Virus record (IMG/VR): IMGVR_UViG_3300045988_020923
Coordinates: 1 to 56,125 of that record
DNA length: 56,125 nucleotides
Reading direction: 5' to 3' (one strand)
Origin: a virus
The notes under the pieces were generated by a model. It made no database searches. It worked only from the letters and a program-made list of their open reading frames with translations, and was not told the origin of the DNA. Position numbers and translations under genes: made by a program. Shown in pieces: positions 35,210-43,844 of the stretch. Position 1 is the stretch's first letter. The number at the start of each line of letters is the position of its first letter.

Positions 35210-35854
35210 ATGGACAAAGAATCATGCAGCGATGTGAAGGTCTCAAGATATCGAATAAGAAAAGAAAAAGGGCTGTGTCCAAGATGCGGAAAACCTAACA
35301 ACAGCGGTTTTGTTGCTTGTGAAAAGTGCCGTGAAGAAGAAGTTCTCACGAAACGCTGGTATGAATCGCATGGTTTCTGCCCTATCTGTCATAACGAATC
35401 AGCCCCAAAGCATAAACTCTGTGAAGTTTGCCTTGTGAAAACAAGCGAAAGGAACGCAAAAAGGCGTTCAAAAATGACAGTTGAACAGAAAAAAAGGCAG
35501 GCAGAAGCCGCAGAGAGAACAAGAAGAAAGCACATTGAACAGGGCTTATGCGGGAAATGTGGCAAACGCCCCTCGTGGGGTGGCAGGCAATTATGTTACG
35601 AATGCACGTTAAAACAAAGACGACAAAACAGCAAAAAGAAATACGATTATAAAGACCCGAATGGGTGCTTTAGATGCGGTAAACCATGCGTTAAAGGGAA
35701 ACGTCTTTGCCCTGAGCATTATAAAATCTCTTGCGATAGCATTAAAAAAGCAAGAGAATCTACCGCATTTGCAGAAGCTCAGAAGAAAAACAAAGCGAAA
35801 ATTGATGCTATGTGGAGTGAAATGATATGGAGAGAGCAGAAGAACGCAAGTTGA
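35210..35854 (+). CDS. Multi zinc-ribbon protein
   Basis: 214 aa with at least five CxxC pairs (CPRCG, CEKC, CPIC, CEVC, CGKCG, CYEC, CFRCG). Confidence 0.5.
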   Translation: MDKESCSDVKVSRYRIRKEKGLCPRCGKPNNSGFVACEKCREEEVLTKRWYESHGFCPICHNESAPKHKLCEVCLVKTSERNAKRRSKMTVEQKKRQAEAAERTRRKHIEQGLCGKCGKRPSWGGRQLCYECTLKQRRQNSKKKYDYKDPNGCFRCGKPCVKGKRLCPEHYKISCDSIKKARESTAFAEAQKKNKAKIDAMWSEMIWREQKNAS

Positions 35855-36627
35855 TTGACTTCTCAGACCCGTGTCTACGCACGTTTCTGCCTGTCCTCTT
35901 GCAAGACCACACAACAGGCAAGAACATCATCTGGGCGACAGACCCGCCGCCTGAACTAGGCGTGGGCTTTGCAGATGAAATCACACTGGAACAGTTAGAC
36001 AAGGTTCAGCTTGTTCCTCGTGTGCAGAAACGGCTGACAGACCAGAAGAAGCGCACCAGCAAGAAAGCAGAGGTGTTTACGCCGACTTGGGTTTGTAAGA
36101 AGATGGCAGACGTTGCCGAAAACGACCTGAAAGGCGAGGACTGGAAGAAGTACATCAACCATAATGTGCTTGAAGTCACCTGTGGAGAAGCGCCGTTCCT
36201 CACAAGCCGATACGATACCACAACAGGGCAGATGATTGCCGTGCCGGACAGAATCGGTCTGCTGGATAGAAAGCTAAATGTTCTGGCAGAGCAGTTCCAT
36301 GACTACAATATGTGGATGTTCTGGGCAATTAGCGCCTACAAATCGACATACGGCTATGAGTGGCAAGGAGACAACCTCTTTCTGGCAAGGTGCAACCTGT
36401 TCCTGACACTGATTGAAAATTTTAGGTATCGGTTTGATGCTGAAAAGCTAGAAATTGGCTTCATGCATATTTTTCTTGACTGTATCGCAGACATCATCTC
36501 ATGGAACGTCTGGCAGATGGATGGGCTGAAAAAGACAGTGCCCGGCACGGACATTCCGTGCAAAATCAAAGACTGGAAAGCCAACAAAGAAATCTTGTTC
36601 AAGGATGTTGGGGGAAGAGAAAAATGA
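35827..36627 (+). CDS. N6-adenine methyltransferase-like ('restriction endonuclease subunit M'-like) protein with degenerate SAM motif
   Basis: AEVFTPTWVCKKM and LEVTCGEAPFLTSRYD resemble the xEVFTP and ExxCGxGxFL motifs, but the Gly residues are replaced; no NPPY-type motif seen. Confidence 0.5.
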   Translation: MERAEERKLIDFSDPCLRTFLPVLLQDHTTGKNIIWATDPPPELGVGFADEITLEQLDKVQLVPRVQKRLTDQKKRTSKKAEVFTPTWVCKKMADVAENDLKGEDWKKYINHNVLEVTCGEAPFLTSRYDTTTGQMIAVPDRIGLLDRKLNVLAEQFHDYNMWMFWAISAYKSTYGYEWQGDNLFLARCNLFLTLIENFRYRFDAEKLEIGFMHIFLDCIADIISWNVWQMDGLKKTVPGTDIPCKIKDWKANKEILFKDVGGREK

Positions 36628-36968
36628 GATTAGTTGATGCAGATAAGTTGATTTGTTTTCTTGAAGGCTACAAGTCTGCTCCTATCGTTACAAGAAAAGA
36701 AAATCCGATTTCAGTAGAACGAGTAATTGAGATTTTTTGTAACCATGTAAAAGCTGCTTGCACAATCAATCAAGAGACGATGCGCCCGATTGCGCACTTA
36801 AACATTTATCCGAATGATGATGATATGGATAAGACTTGCTATTGTTCTAATTGCAACGAGCATTTCCCGGAAGATTGGCTCTATCCGGGTTGGGAGCACG
36901 GCAATACAAAGCTAAAGCCTATCAAATACTGCCCTTATTGCGGAGCAGAATTTGAAAATGAATGCTGA
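36624..36968 (+). CDS. Hypothetical protein with C-terminal zinc ribbon
   Basis: 114 aa; MRLVDADKL start; the CYCSNCN...CPYCG motif. Confidence 0.45.
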   Translation: MRLVDADKLICFLEGYKSAPIVTRKENPISVERVIEIFCNHVKAACTINQETMRPIAHLNIYPNDDDMDKTCYCSNCNEHFPEDWLYPGWEHGNTKLKPIKYCPYCGAEFENEC

Positions 36969-36985
36969 CAAAAGGAGAGAAGCTA

Positions 36986-37186
36986 ATGCAGGCTGACAGA
37001 GGAATCTACCACAAGCGAGTGTGTGACCGCTGCGGAGCGGTTCTAGGCGGCAGGATGATGAACCCTGACGAATACTTCAAGGACTGGGGATGGCGCAGGG
37101 ACACAGGCGACCTGTGCCCGGAGTGCTATGCAGAGTATAAGCGAGTGATCGGACGGTTCAATAGGGGAAAGAGAGGGCAGAGATAA
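36986..37186 (+). CDS. Zinc-ribbon hypothetical protein
   Basis: 66 aa, AAAGGAGAG RBS; the CDRCG...CPEC motif. Confidence 0.4.
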   Translation: MQADRGIYHKRVCDRCGAVLGGRMMNPDEYFKDWGWRRDTGDLCPECYAEYKRVIGRFNRGKRGQR

Positions 37187-37419
37187 TGAAAAAGTGCGCT
37201 CTTTACAGGTGCAAACAGTGCTTTGCAACCATGGCAGACGAAGGCGATGTCAGAATCGATAAAGACATCGTTGATTGGATGTTTGAAAACGAAATGGAAG
37301 AAAGCAAAATTGGGTTTATCGCAAAATTCAAAATAAGCGATAAAGTCCTCATTCATCGTTGTGACAATAACACTGTTGGCTTATGCGAGTTTATCGGATG
37401 GAAGGAGATAGAGAAATGA
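37186..37419 (+). CDS. Hypothetical protein
   Basis: 77-aa ORF overlapping the previous stop. Confidence 0.4.
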   Translation: MKKCALYRCKQCFATMADEGDVRIDKDIVDWMFENEMEESKIGFIAKFKISDKVLIHRCDNNTVGLCEFIGWKEIEK

Positions 37420-37667
37420 ATTTCTACTGCACTACTGAACATTGCTCTTGCATGGGCATTAAACAGTTCTCTGCTGGCAAGGCTATCCGATGCACAGCAG
37501 AATCCTGCAAGAACAAATCTGAGCCGTCCTGCGGCTCTTGCAAATGGTACGCAGAGCCGGAGGGCGTATGCGTGAACGACCAGTCAGAACACGTTGCAGA
37601 CTTCGTGTGGGACAAACGTGGATGCAAGGAATGGGAGAAGAAAGATGAAACGTCAGCAGACCTATAA
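37416..37667 (+). CDS. Cys-rich hypothetical protein
   Basis: 83 aa from ATG 37416. Confidence 0.4.
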   Translation: MNFYCTTEHCSCMGIKQFSAGKAIRCTAESCKNKSEPSCGSCKWYAEPEGVCVNDQSEHVADFVWDKRGCKEWEKKDETSADL

Positions 37668-37875
37668 AGGGCTTATTGGAAAGGGCTGGTACGACCAAAG
37701 CGAATACAGTCACTATTTTGCAGCGTGGGCAAACCACCGAAACAACTGGGCTATCCGCAAGGCTGACAATCGCAAGCTGGCAAAGGCAAGATTAAAGCAG
37801 ATTGAACGCCAGCAAATCAGAAAGGAGCTGGACGAGTATGACATCAGGGGAGAAAATCAGGAAGCGAAGATATGA
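37645..37875 (+). CDS. Hypothetical basic protein
   Basis: 76 aa from ATG 37645. Confidence 0.4.
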   Translation: MKRQQTYKGLIGKGWYDQSEYSHYFAAWANHRNNWAIRKADNRKLAKARLKQIERQQIRKELDEYDIRGENQEAKI

Positions 37876-38311
37876 GCTTTCCGTAACTCGACAAGAACTT
37901 GCAAAACAACTCGGCCATAGTTCAAACTACATTGCAAATGTAGAGCTAGGCTATAGGATTCTTGGCGAGCGAGAGCTTGAAATTGTAGCAGACTATCTAA
38001 AATGTAACGCATCTGATTTAAAGTCTACGTTAATTGACCCCGCTAATGATGACTTCGGAGGGGTCTGTAACTGCGCTGTCCGCTATTGCTTAGGCAGACG
38101 GTCATATATGCCTAGCCTTGTCTGCGGATACATTACACCGCTTCTGCCGGAGCTTACCGACACGACGCTTGGTTGCTTTGAACGTGACATTGCAGAGCGC
38201 AAGCGGACAGGATTTGACTTTGGCGATTCCTGCGACTATGAGACGTGGGATGCGTTTTACAAGGCGGTTTGTAATGAGATTAAAAGGAGAAAGAAAAATG
38301 TCTTTGTTTGA
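37838..38311 (+). CDS. XRE-type HTH protein with Cys-rich C-terminal domain
   Basis: The IRKRRYELSVTRQELAKQLGHSSNYIANVELG HTH motif. Confidence 0.6.
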   Translation: MTSGEKIRKRRYELSVTRQELAKQLGHSSNYIANVELGYRILGERELEIVADYLKCNASDLKSTLIDPANDDFGGVCNCAVRYCLGRRSYMPSLVCGYITPLLPELTDTTLGCFERDIAERKRTGFDFGDSCDYETWDAFYKAVCNEIKRRKKNVFV

Positions 38312-38519
38312 AATTGTACTCGGTTTTATTTTGACGACAATGATTGGTTTTGTGTTCGTTTTTCCGATTTATTTGGTCGAAAAATATATAGTTCTTAGCA
38401 TTTTGGACGAATACATAGACAACGTAATCTTAAAAGCCATTGCGGTTGTAGCAGTCAATGTTCTTTTCTTTCTCGTTGGGTTTGCAATCATCTTTAGCGT
38501 TTACGGTTATAAGTGTTGA
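38298..38519 (+). CDS. Small membrane protein
   Basis: 73 aa, AAAGGAGA RBS; two long hydrophobic segments. Confidence 0.45.
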   Translation: MSLFEIVLGFILTTMIGFVFVFPIYLVEKYIVLSILDEYIDNVILKAIAVVAVNVLFFLVGFAIIFSVYGYKC

Positions 38520-38546
38520 TAACACGATTTGAAGGGGGAACGTGCA

Positions 38547-38702
38547 ATGAGAGCCAGACCGATTGATGCTAATGAACTACGTCAAAACATCGAGGCGTGG
38601 ATTCAGGAGTATAACGATGGAACAATAGGTGGCTTGTCGTTAGACGATGTGCTTGATTACATCGACACTGCGCCAACAATCGAGGTGAAAGACAATGGCT
38701 AA
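38547..38702 (+). CDS. Small hypothetical protein (51 aa)
   Basis: Read by hand; MRARPIDANELRQNIEAWIQEY...; GGGGGAA RBS. Confidence 0.35.
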   Translation: MRARPIDANELRQNIEAWIQEYNDGTIGGLSLDDVLDYIDTAPTIEVKDNG

Positions 38703-38985
38703 TTATCCAGAATACCTTGAACGAAGCGCACTTATTGAAAGAATCAAGAAAGCTTATTGCGATGGTTGCGAGAACTACAACGGCGTTAGATGCCGTGCTT
38801 GCGGTATTGGCGATGCCATTGACGTTGTGGAAGATGCCCCGACAGCCTTAGAGCGTACCGCTGAATGGATTGTGCAAGACGAAGATAAGACGAGGTTCAT
38901 GTGCAGTAATTGCCATGCGAGAAACAACCGAGACCGCTACAACTACTGCCCGAACTGTGGTTCTTTGATGGAGAACAGGTTATGA
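38695..38985 (+). CDS. Zinc-ribbon hypothetical protein
   Basis: 96 aa; the CDGC...CRAC and CSNC...CPNCG motifs. Confidence 0.45.
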   Translation: MANYPEYLERSALIERIKKAYCDGCENYNGVRCRACGIGDAIDVVEDAPTALERTAEWIVQDEDKTRFMCSNCHARNNRDRYNYCPNCGSLMENRL

Positions 38986-39215
38986 GTAACACCCTTTGGC
39001 ATCCAGCAAGCGAACCGCCACGAGAGCGAACACAGCCTTTGTTGCTTGCGACCAAGACAACGTGGCGTGATAAAGATGGAAAAATGTTGCAAGGAATCTC
39101 GCCGACAACGTATTTTCTAGGTTGTTACGCAGACGGTCAGTTCTGGGATGAGATAGGCGAGAGACTGCCGAAAGATGTGACGGTAACGCATTGGATGGCG
39201 TTTCCGATGGTATGA
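38982..39215 (+). CDS. DUF551-like protein
   Basis: 77 aa; C-terminal VTHWMAFPMV. Confidence 0.55.
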   Translation: MSNTLWHPASEPPRERTQPLLLATKTTWRDKDGKMLQGISPTTYFLGCYADGQFWDEIGERLPKDVTVTHWMAFPMV

Positions 39216-39225
39216 GGTGATAAGA

Positions 39226-39435
39226 ATGAGCAATTGGATTAGTGTCAAGGATAGATTGCCCGATGTTCCGAAAAACGATTTTGCCAGCGATTATGTTCTG
39301 GTTCACGACAAAAAAGCTGGTGACTGGGTAGCCTATTATGATGCAAACGGTGGTTGGTGTGAAGCAAGAGAGTGCATCCCATTCAAAAATGTCACCCATT
39401 GGATGCCTATGCCCGAACCGCCAAAAGAGGACTGA
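39226..39435 (+). CDS. DUF551-like protein
   Basis: 69 aa; WISVKDRLPD start and NVTHWMPMPEPPKED end. Confidence 0.65.
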   Translation: MSNWISVKDRLPDVPKNDFASDYVLVHDKKAGDWVAYYDANGGWCEARECIPFKNVTHWMPMPEPPKED

Positions 39436-39437
39436 AT

Positions 39438-39638
39438 ATGGATGGATTTGAAGCGTTAACAGAAGCGATGAACCGGTGTGCTGCATCACTTGAACAGCTT
39501 GCAAATGCTATCAGACAGTCCGAAACGCAGTGCGGCTACATCAAGCAGAAGCACAATCGACCTGTATACCGTAAAGGCGCAAAATTACACGAAGGCTTCA
39601 AACGAATTATGAGAACGAGAGAGGGATTTAGAAAATGA
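39438..39638 (+). CDS. Hypothetical protein
   Basis: 66-aa ORF from ATG 39438. Confidence 0.4.
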   Translation: MDGFEALTEAMNRCAASLEQLANAIRQSETQCGYIKQKHNRPVYRKGAKLHEGFKRIMRTREGFRK

Positions 39639-39898
39639 CAGAACTCAAGAGATGTCCGTTTTGCGGCAAGAACGCAGTTTACATTGGCGTGTGCGATGAT
39701 GAAGGCAACTTTCATGGGCGTTTGGGATGCGAGTACGAACAAGACCCGTGGAGCGGGCTTTCTTATGACTTGCATCACGAAGGATGGGGCAAATGTATCC
39801 TTTGCACGGATGGAGACAATCAAAGCATGGGTGGCGCACTGTTTGACACGGCAGAGGATGCTATCGAAGCATGGAACAAACGCTACAAAGAGGACTGA
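39635..39898 (+). CDS. Lar-family restriction alleviation-like protein
   Basis: LKRCPFCGKNA start and AIEAWNKRY end. Confidence 0.7.
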   Translation: MTELKRCPFCGKNAVYIGVCDDEGNFHGRLGCEYEQDPWSGLSYDLHHEGWGKCILCTDGDNQSMGGALFDTAEDAIEAWNKRYKED

Positions 39899-39900
39899 GT

Positions 39901-40581
39901 ATGGAGCAGGAACACAAGCCGAGAACATCAATGATTCTTCTGTTAGAACACGTTCATGCGATGGACGAGCTGACAAACGAGGAATTTGGAGCATTCATCC
40001 GTAACTACGCGCAGTATGTTGAAACTGGGCTTGAGCCAGCATACGACAACGACCGTGCTATGCGGATGCTCTGGAAAGTAGTTAAAGCGTTCGATGATAT
40101 GAACGTGCAGAAGATGGAAGAACGTGATAAGCGTAGACGAGAAGCAAACAAGAAAAATATAAACAAGCGTTGGAACGATAAAAAATACGAAAGCATACCA
40201 ATGGTATCACATGATACGAATGGTATAAATGGTATACCAAACATACCAACTGATACGAATGGTAGCTTATCTGTATCTGATTCTGTATCTGAATCTGATA
40301 AAAAAGAAAAATGTGAAAAGAAAAATACCAACGAAGTAAAACGCTTCAAAGCACCGACTGTCGAGCAAGCAAGAGAATACTTTTCAGAGAAGGGCTACAT
40401 GGAATCAGAAGCAGATCGGTTTGTTGACCACTTCACGGCAAATGGCTGGAAGGTCGGAAAATCGCCTATGAAGGACTGGAAAGCTGCTGCACGGAACTGG
40501 ATGCGTAACGTGAAAGACTGGAACGGTGGCTATCAGCAGACAATGGCTGAATTGCCTGACGAGGGAGACTTTCTACGGTGA
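39901..40581 (+). CDS. Replisome organizer / origin-binding protein candidate
   Basis: Immediately upstream of, and overlapping, the DnaB-like helicase; the C-terminal FKAPTVEQAREYF...FVDHFTANGWK motif is common in phage replication organizers; contains an internal DNA repeat module. Confidence 0.55.
   Translation: MEQEHKPRTSMILLLEHVHAMDELTNEEFGAFIRNYAQYVETGLEPAYDNDRAMRMLWKVVKAFDDMNVQKMEERDKRRREANKKNINKRWNDKKYESIPMVSHDTNGINGIPNIPTDTNGSLSVSDSVSESDKKEKCEKKNTNEVKRFKAPTVEQAREYFSEKGYMESEADRFVDHFTANGWKVGKSPMKDWKAAARNWMRNVKDWNGGYQQTMAELPDEGDFLR
40195..40266. repeat. Origin-box-like repeat module inside the organizer gene (TGATACGAATGGTA x2, ATGGTATACCAA, GCATACCAA)
   Basis: GATACGAATGGTA at 40213 and 40252; the module recurs at 43686-43750. 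Confidence 0.6.
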
Positions 40582-41801
40582 ATATTGAAAATCAGACCCA
40601 ATACATCCTGTTGGGGGCGGTCCTCACGTTTTCTGAGTATGCCGATGTGCTGCAAGACCTTAAAATCGACGATTTCTGCCCAGAACTGCATGATACATTC
40701 GCTGCCATTCGTGGCTATTGGGAACACAACGACAAGTGGAACCCGGTAGAAGTCATGGGACGGTACGATAACTGCAAGAAAGCAATGGGCGAATGTCTTG
40801 ATGCCTTCGGTGCAGAGTTCATCCGCAACGTCACACACGACATGATGCTTGGATGGGCGAGAATCGTCAAGGAACAGGCGGCGTTGTCCAGAGCCAGAGA
40901 GATTGCGTTCAAAATCGTTGATGGCTCGACCAGATACGCAGACCTGACAGGAATTTATGAGCAGCTAGGTGAAGCAATCAACCTGCACAGCGAGAGAAGC
41001 GATTTTATCCCAATGTGCGATGGCATAGACAACTACATCCGCAAGCTGGATGATAAGCCGGAGTATATCAGCACAGGGCTTAAAGTGCTGGATAACAACT
41101 TGCATCTTGTGCTGGGCAACTTCGTTGTGATCGGCGGCAGACCCAGCGCAGGTAAAACCGCTCTGTCCCTGCAACTTGCCTGTGAAATAGCCAAAAGCGG
41201 ACGTAAGGTGGCGTACTTCAGCTTAGAGACCGACCCTGATACCCTCTACGCTCGTGTCATCGCAAATCAACTAGGCGTACCGCTTCACACGGTCAAAAAC
41301 AAGACCGTCAGCATTAACGAACTTGACCGACTGGCAGCCATCAAGAAATATCCGCTGTTCGTCCGCTCTGCCGCTGGCAAGAGCGTTGGGTGGATTAGAA
41401 CGCAGTCCATCAGGATGCAAGCCAAAGTAGTGTTCATCGACTATTTGCAGCTTATTCATCAAGCCGGAGCGAAAGACCGATACAGTGCCGTCACAGAGAT
41501 CAGCATGGCACTGCATGAGTTCGCACAGTCCACAGGAACGCTGGTGGTAGCACTTGCACAGCTCAATCGAGAGACCGCAAGAGCAGGTATCCCACCGACT
41601 GCCGCAGACTTGCGAGAATCCGGGCAAATCGAGCAGGACGCAGATGCAATCATCCTGCTGGCACAGAACGTGACCACGAAAAAGCGGCCAGAGCAGCATT
41701 ATCATTTTGCGCTTGAGAAGAACAAAGAGGGCAACGTAGGGTCGCTAGACATCGCGTTCCAGATGGAAACACAGCAGTTCAAAGAATGCGTGTGGATGTA
41801 A
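40578..41801 (+). CDS. DnaB-family replicative helicase
   Basis: The [16 protein letters not shown] Walker A, the IDYLQLI motif, 407 aa. Confidence 0.85.
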   Translation: MNIENQTQYILLGAVLTFSEYADVLQDLKIDDFCPELHDTFAAIRGYWEHNDKWNPVEVMGRYDNCKKAMGECLDAFGAEFIRNVTHDMMLGWARIVKEQAALSRAREIAFKIVDGSTRYADLTGIYEQLGEAINLHSERSDFIPMCDGIDNYIRKLDDKPEYISTGLKVLDNNLHLVLGNFVVIGGRPSAGKTALSLQLACEIAKSGRKVAYFSLETDPDTLYARVIANQLGVPLHTVKNKTVSINELDRLAAIKKYPLFVRSAAGKSVGWIRTQSIRMQAKVVFIDYLQLIHQAGAKDRYSAVTEISMALHEFAQSTGTLVVALAQLNRETARAGIPPTAADLRESGQIEQDADAIILLAQNVTTKKRPEQHYHFALEKNKEGNVGSLDIAFQMETQQFKECVWM

Positions 41802-41817
41802 TGAGAGGAGAATAAGC

Positions 41818-42093
41818 ATGAAATACCGCAAGAAACCAGTTGTTATCGAAGCATTCAAGCTCAATGCGCGAGGACTTGTTGGAGAAGATTGGTTCTGGGA
41901 TGCAGTAAGTAGCAATGATATTATCACGCATAACTTCGGAAAGTTTTACAATGACCCTGCGTGGTGCGAGATTAAAACGCTTGAAGGGACTATGATTGCG
42001 AGGACTGGCGATTATATCATTCGTGGCGTAAATGGCGAAATCTACCCGTGTAAACCTGACATTTTCGAAAAAACATACGAAGAATGCGTGTGA
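41818..42093 (+). CDS. PGDYG-domain-like phage protein
   Basis: The [11 protein letters not shown]...[26 protein letters not shown] pattern. Confidence 0.6.
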   Translation: MKYRKKPVVIEAFKLNARGLVGEDWFWDAVSSNDIITHNFGKFYNDPAWCEIKTLEGTMIARTGDYIIRGVNGEIYPCKPDIFEKTYEECV

Positions 42094-42108
42094 ATGTGAA
42101 GTGAAAAA

Positions 42109-43026
42109 ATGAAAATCGGATTGATTGACGTAGATGGACACAACTTCCCAAACCTTGCATTGATGCGGATTTCAAGCTACCACAAGGCAAAGGGCGATGA
42201 TGTTGAATGGTGGTGGAGTGATTTTATCCACTATGACATCGTGTACATGAGCAAGATTTTTTCAGACGTGTACAGCCCTGACGTGCCGGAACCCTTGAAT
42301 GCTGACAAGGTGATTAAAGGCGGCACAGGATACGCAATCCGCACAGTGGACGGCAAAGAAATATTCGATAAATCGAAAGACGTTGATTTACCGCATGAAA
42401 TAGAAAAGTCTTTCCCCGATTATAGCATTTACCCACAGTTTCCATTTGCAGTCAGCATGACAAGTCGTGGATGCCCTAGAGGATGTTCCTTCTGCCATGT
42501 TGCAGCAAAAGAGGGAAGATGTGCCGTAAAAGTGGCAGATGTGAGCGACTTTTGGTGTGGTCAGGACGAAATAAAAGTGCTTGACCCAAACATCACAGCT
42601 TGCAGAGAGAAGCGTGACCTTATGCAGCAGTACATTGATACCCACGCCAAAATCGACTTTACGCAAGGTCTGGATATTCGCTTGTTGAATCAGGCAGACA
42701 TCGAGGACATCAACAAAATGCGTATTGGCACGTTGCATTTTGCATGGGATAACCCTAACGATGACTTGAAATGCAAGTTTGAGGATTTCGCAAAGGGATT
42801 TCGGCGCAAGTCAAACATTGGCATGGTTTACTGTCTGACGAACTTCAACAGCACGTTGGAACAAGACCTGTATCGCATCTACACACTTCGTGATCTGGGC
42901 TACGACCCCTATGTGATGATTTACAACAAGCCATCTGCGCCGAAAGAGATTCGGCACTTGCAAAGATGGTGCAACAACAAGATAATTTTCAAGTCGGTGA
43001 AACGATTTGAGGACTACATGGCGTAA
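42109..43026 (+). CDS. Radical SAM enzyme
   Basis: The SRGCPRGCSFCHV CX3CX2C cluster motif; N-terminal Rossmann-like segment; 305 aa. Confidence 0.8.
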   Translation: MKIGLIDVDGHNFPNLALMRISSYHKAKGDDVEWWWSDFIHYDIVYMSKIFSDVYSPDVPEPLNADKVIKGGTGYAIRTVDGKEIFDKSKDVDLPHEIEKSFPDYSIYPQFPFAVSMTSRGCPRGCSFCHVAAKEGRCAVKVADVSDFWCGQDEIKVLDPNITACREKRDLMQQYIDTHAKIDFTQGLDIRLLNQADIEDINKMRIGTLHFAWDNPNDDLKCKFEDFAKGFRRKSNIGMVYCLTNFNSTLEQDLYRIYTLRDLGYDPYVMIYNKPSAPKEIRHLQRWCNNKIIFKSVKRFEDYMA

Positions 43027-43038
43027 AGGAGAACGACT

Positions 43039-43281
43039 ATGAAAAAGATTTTGACCGCATTCGTATCCGCTCTGACTGGCATTATGCTGATGACTGGATG
43101 CAACAAACAGGTGGTAGACCTGACGTATAGCTACTCGTGGGCACAGCTGAAAATGCCTGATGGAACGATTGTCGAGGGCAAGCTGAATAGTTGGGACGAT
43201 TACGAGGGCGACCAGCTGCAAGTAAAGATTGACGGCGTGACCTATCTGGTTCATTCGTCCAACGTGGTCTTGAGACATTGA
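43039..43281 (+). CDS. Small lipoprotein candidate
   Basis: Signal peptide MKKILTAFVSALTGIMLMTGC with a lipobox-like MTGC. Confidence 0.6.
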   Translation: MKKILTAFVSALTGIMLMTGCNKQVVDLTYSYSWAQLKMPDGTIVEGKLNSWDDYEGDQLQVKIDGVTYLVHSSNVVLRH

Positions 43282-43307
43282 AAGCGAATACAGAATCTGA
43301 GCGCATG

Positions 43308-43335
43308 GGCTGTCAGCAATGGCAGCCTTTTTCTT
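43308..43335 (+). terminator. Rho-independent terminator ending the early operon
   Basis: 8-bp stem GGCTGTCA/TGGCAGCC, GCAA loop, TTTTTCTT tail. Confidence 0.7.
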
Positions 43336-43685
43336 AACTCCAAGAGAAAGCCCGTTTTAAGGCGTTTTAGATGCTAGGTGATAACTTTATAGACTTCGCC
43401 ACGAAAATTCGCCACAGACGCTTGTAGGCGGCTCTCCGTTGATGTTGATGGTATATCTCAAACTAGACCATGCAATTAGACCGATGCAGGAGCGTGGAGA
43501 ACGGCTTTTCGAGGTCAGACGTGAAAGTTATCGGGTCAATCAGAAAAACGCGGCAGACAGGCTCTTACACGCCTTTCCGGCGATGATAGCAGCCAGATGA
43601 GCGGATGTCAACGACTATTTGTCCAATCACAGGGCTAATTGAGACGAAAGCAAGATGTGTGAGACGAAATGGACGCGATTATTGC

Positions 43686-43750
43686 ATACCAAGCGATACG
43701 AATCGTACCAGTTGATACGAATGGTATGCGTTGGTATCATGGTATACCAA
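43686..43750. repeat. Second copy of the origin-box module (non-coding)
   Basis: GCATACCAA, GATACGAATCGTA, TGATACGAATGGTA (43713) and ATGGTATACCAA are shared with 40195-40266. Confidence 0.6.
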
Positions 43751-43823
43751 TCTTCCCCCCTTTCTTCCCCCTCTTTCCCCTACAACCCCTATTACCCCCT
43801 ATAATCCCCCTAACTCCCCCCTC
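43751..43823. repeat. Seven phased C4-6 tracts with about 10-bp period (G-tracts on the minus strand)
   Basis: The blocks tcttcccccc tttcttcccc ctctttcccc tacaacccct attaccccct ataatccccc taactccccc. Confidence 0.8.
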
Positions 43824-43844
43824 AAACAAATAAATTGTTTGAGG
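43820..43844. other. Perfect 10-bp-stem hairpin CCTCAAACAA-ATAAA-TTGTTTGAGG flanked by C5 runs
   Basis: Read directly. Confidence 0.6.
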
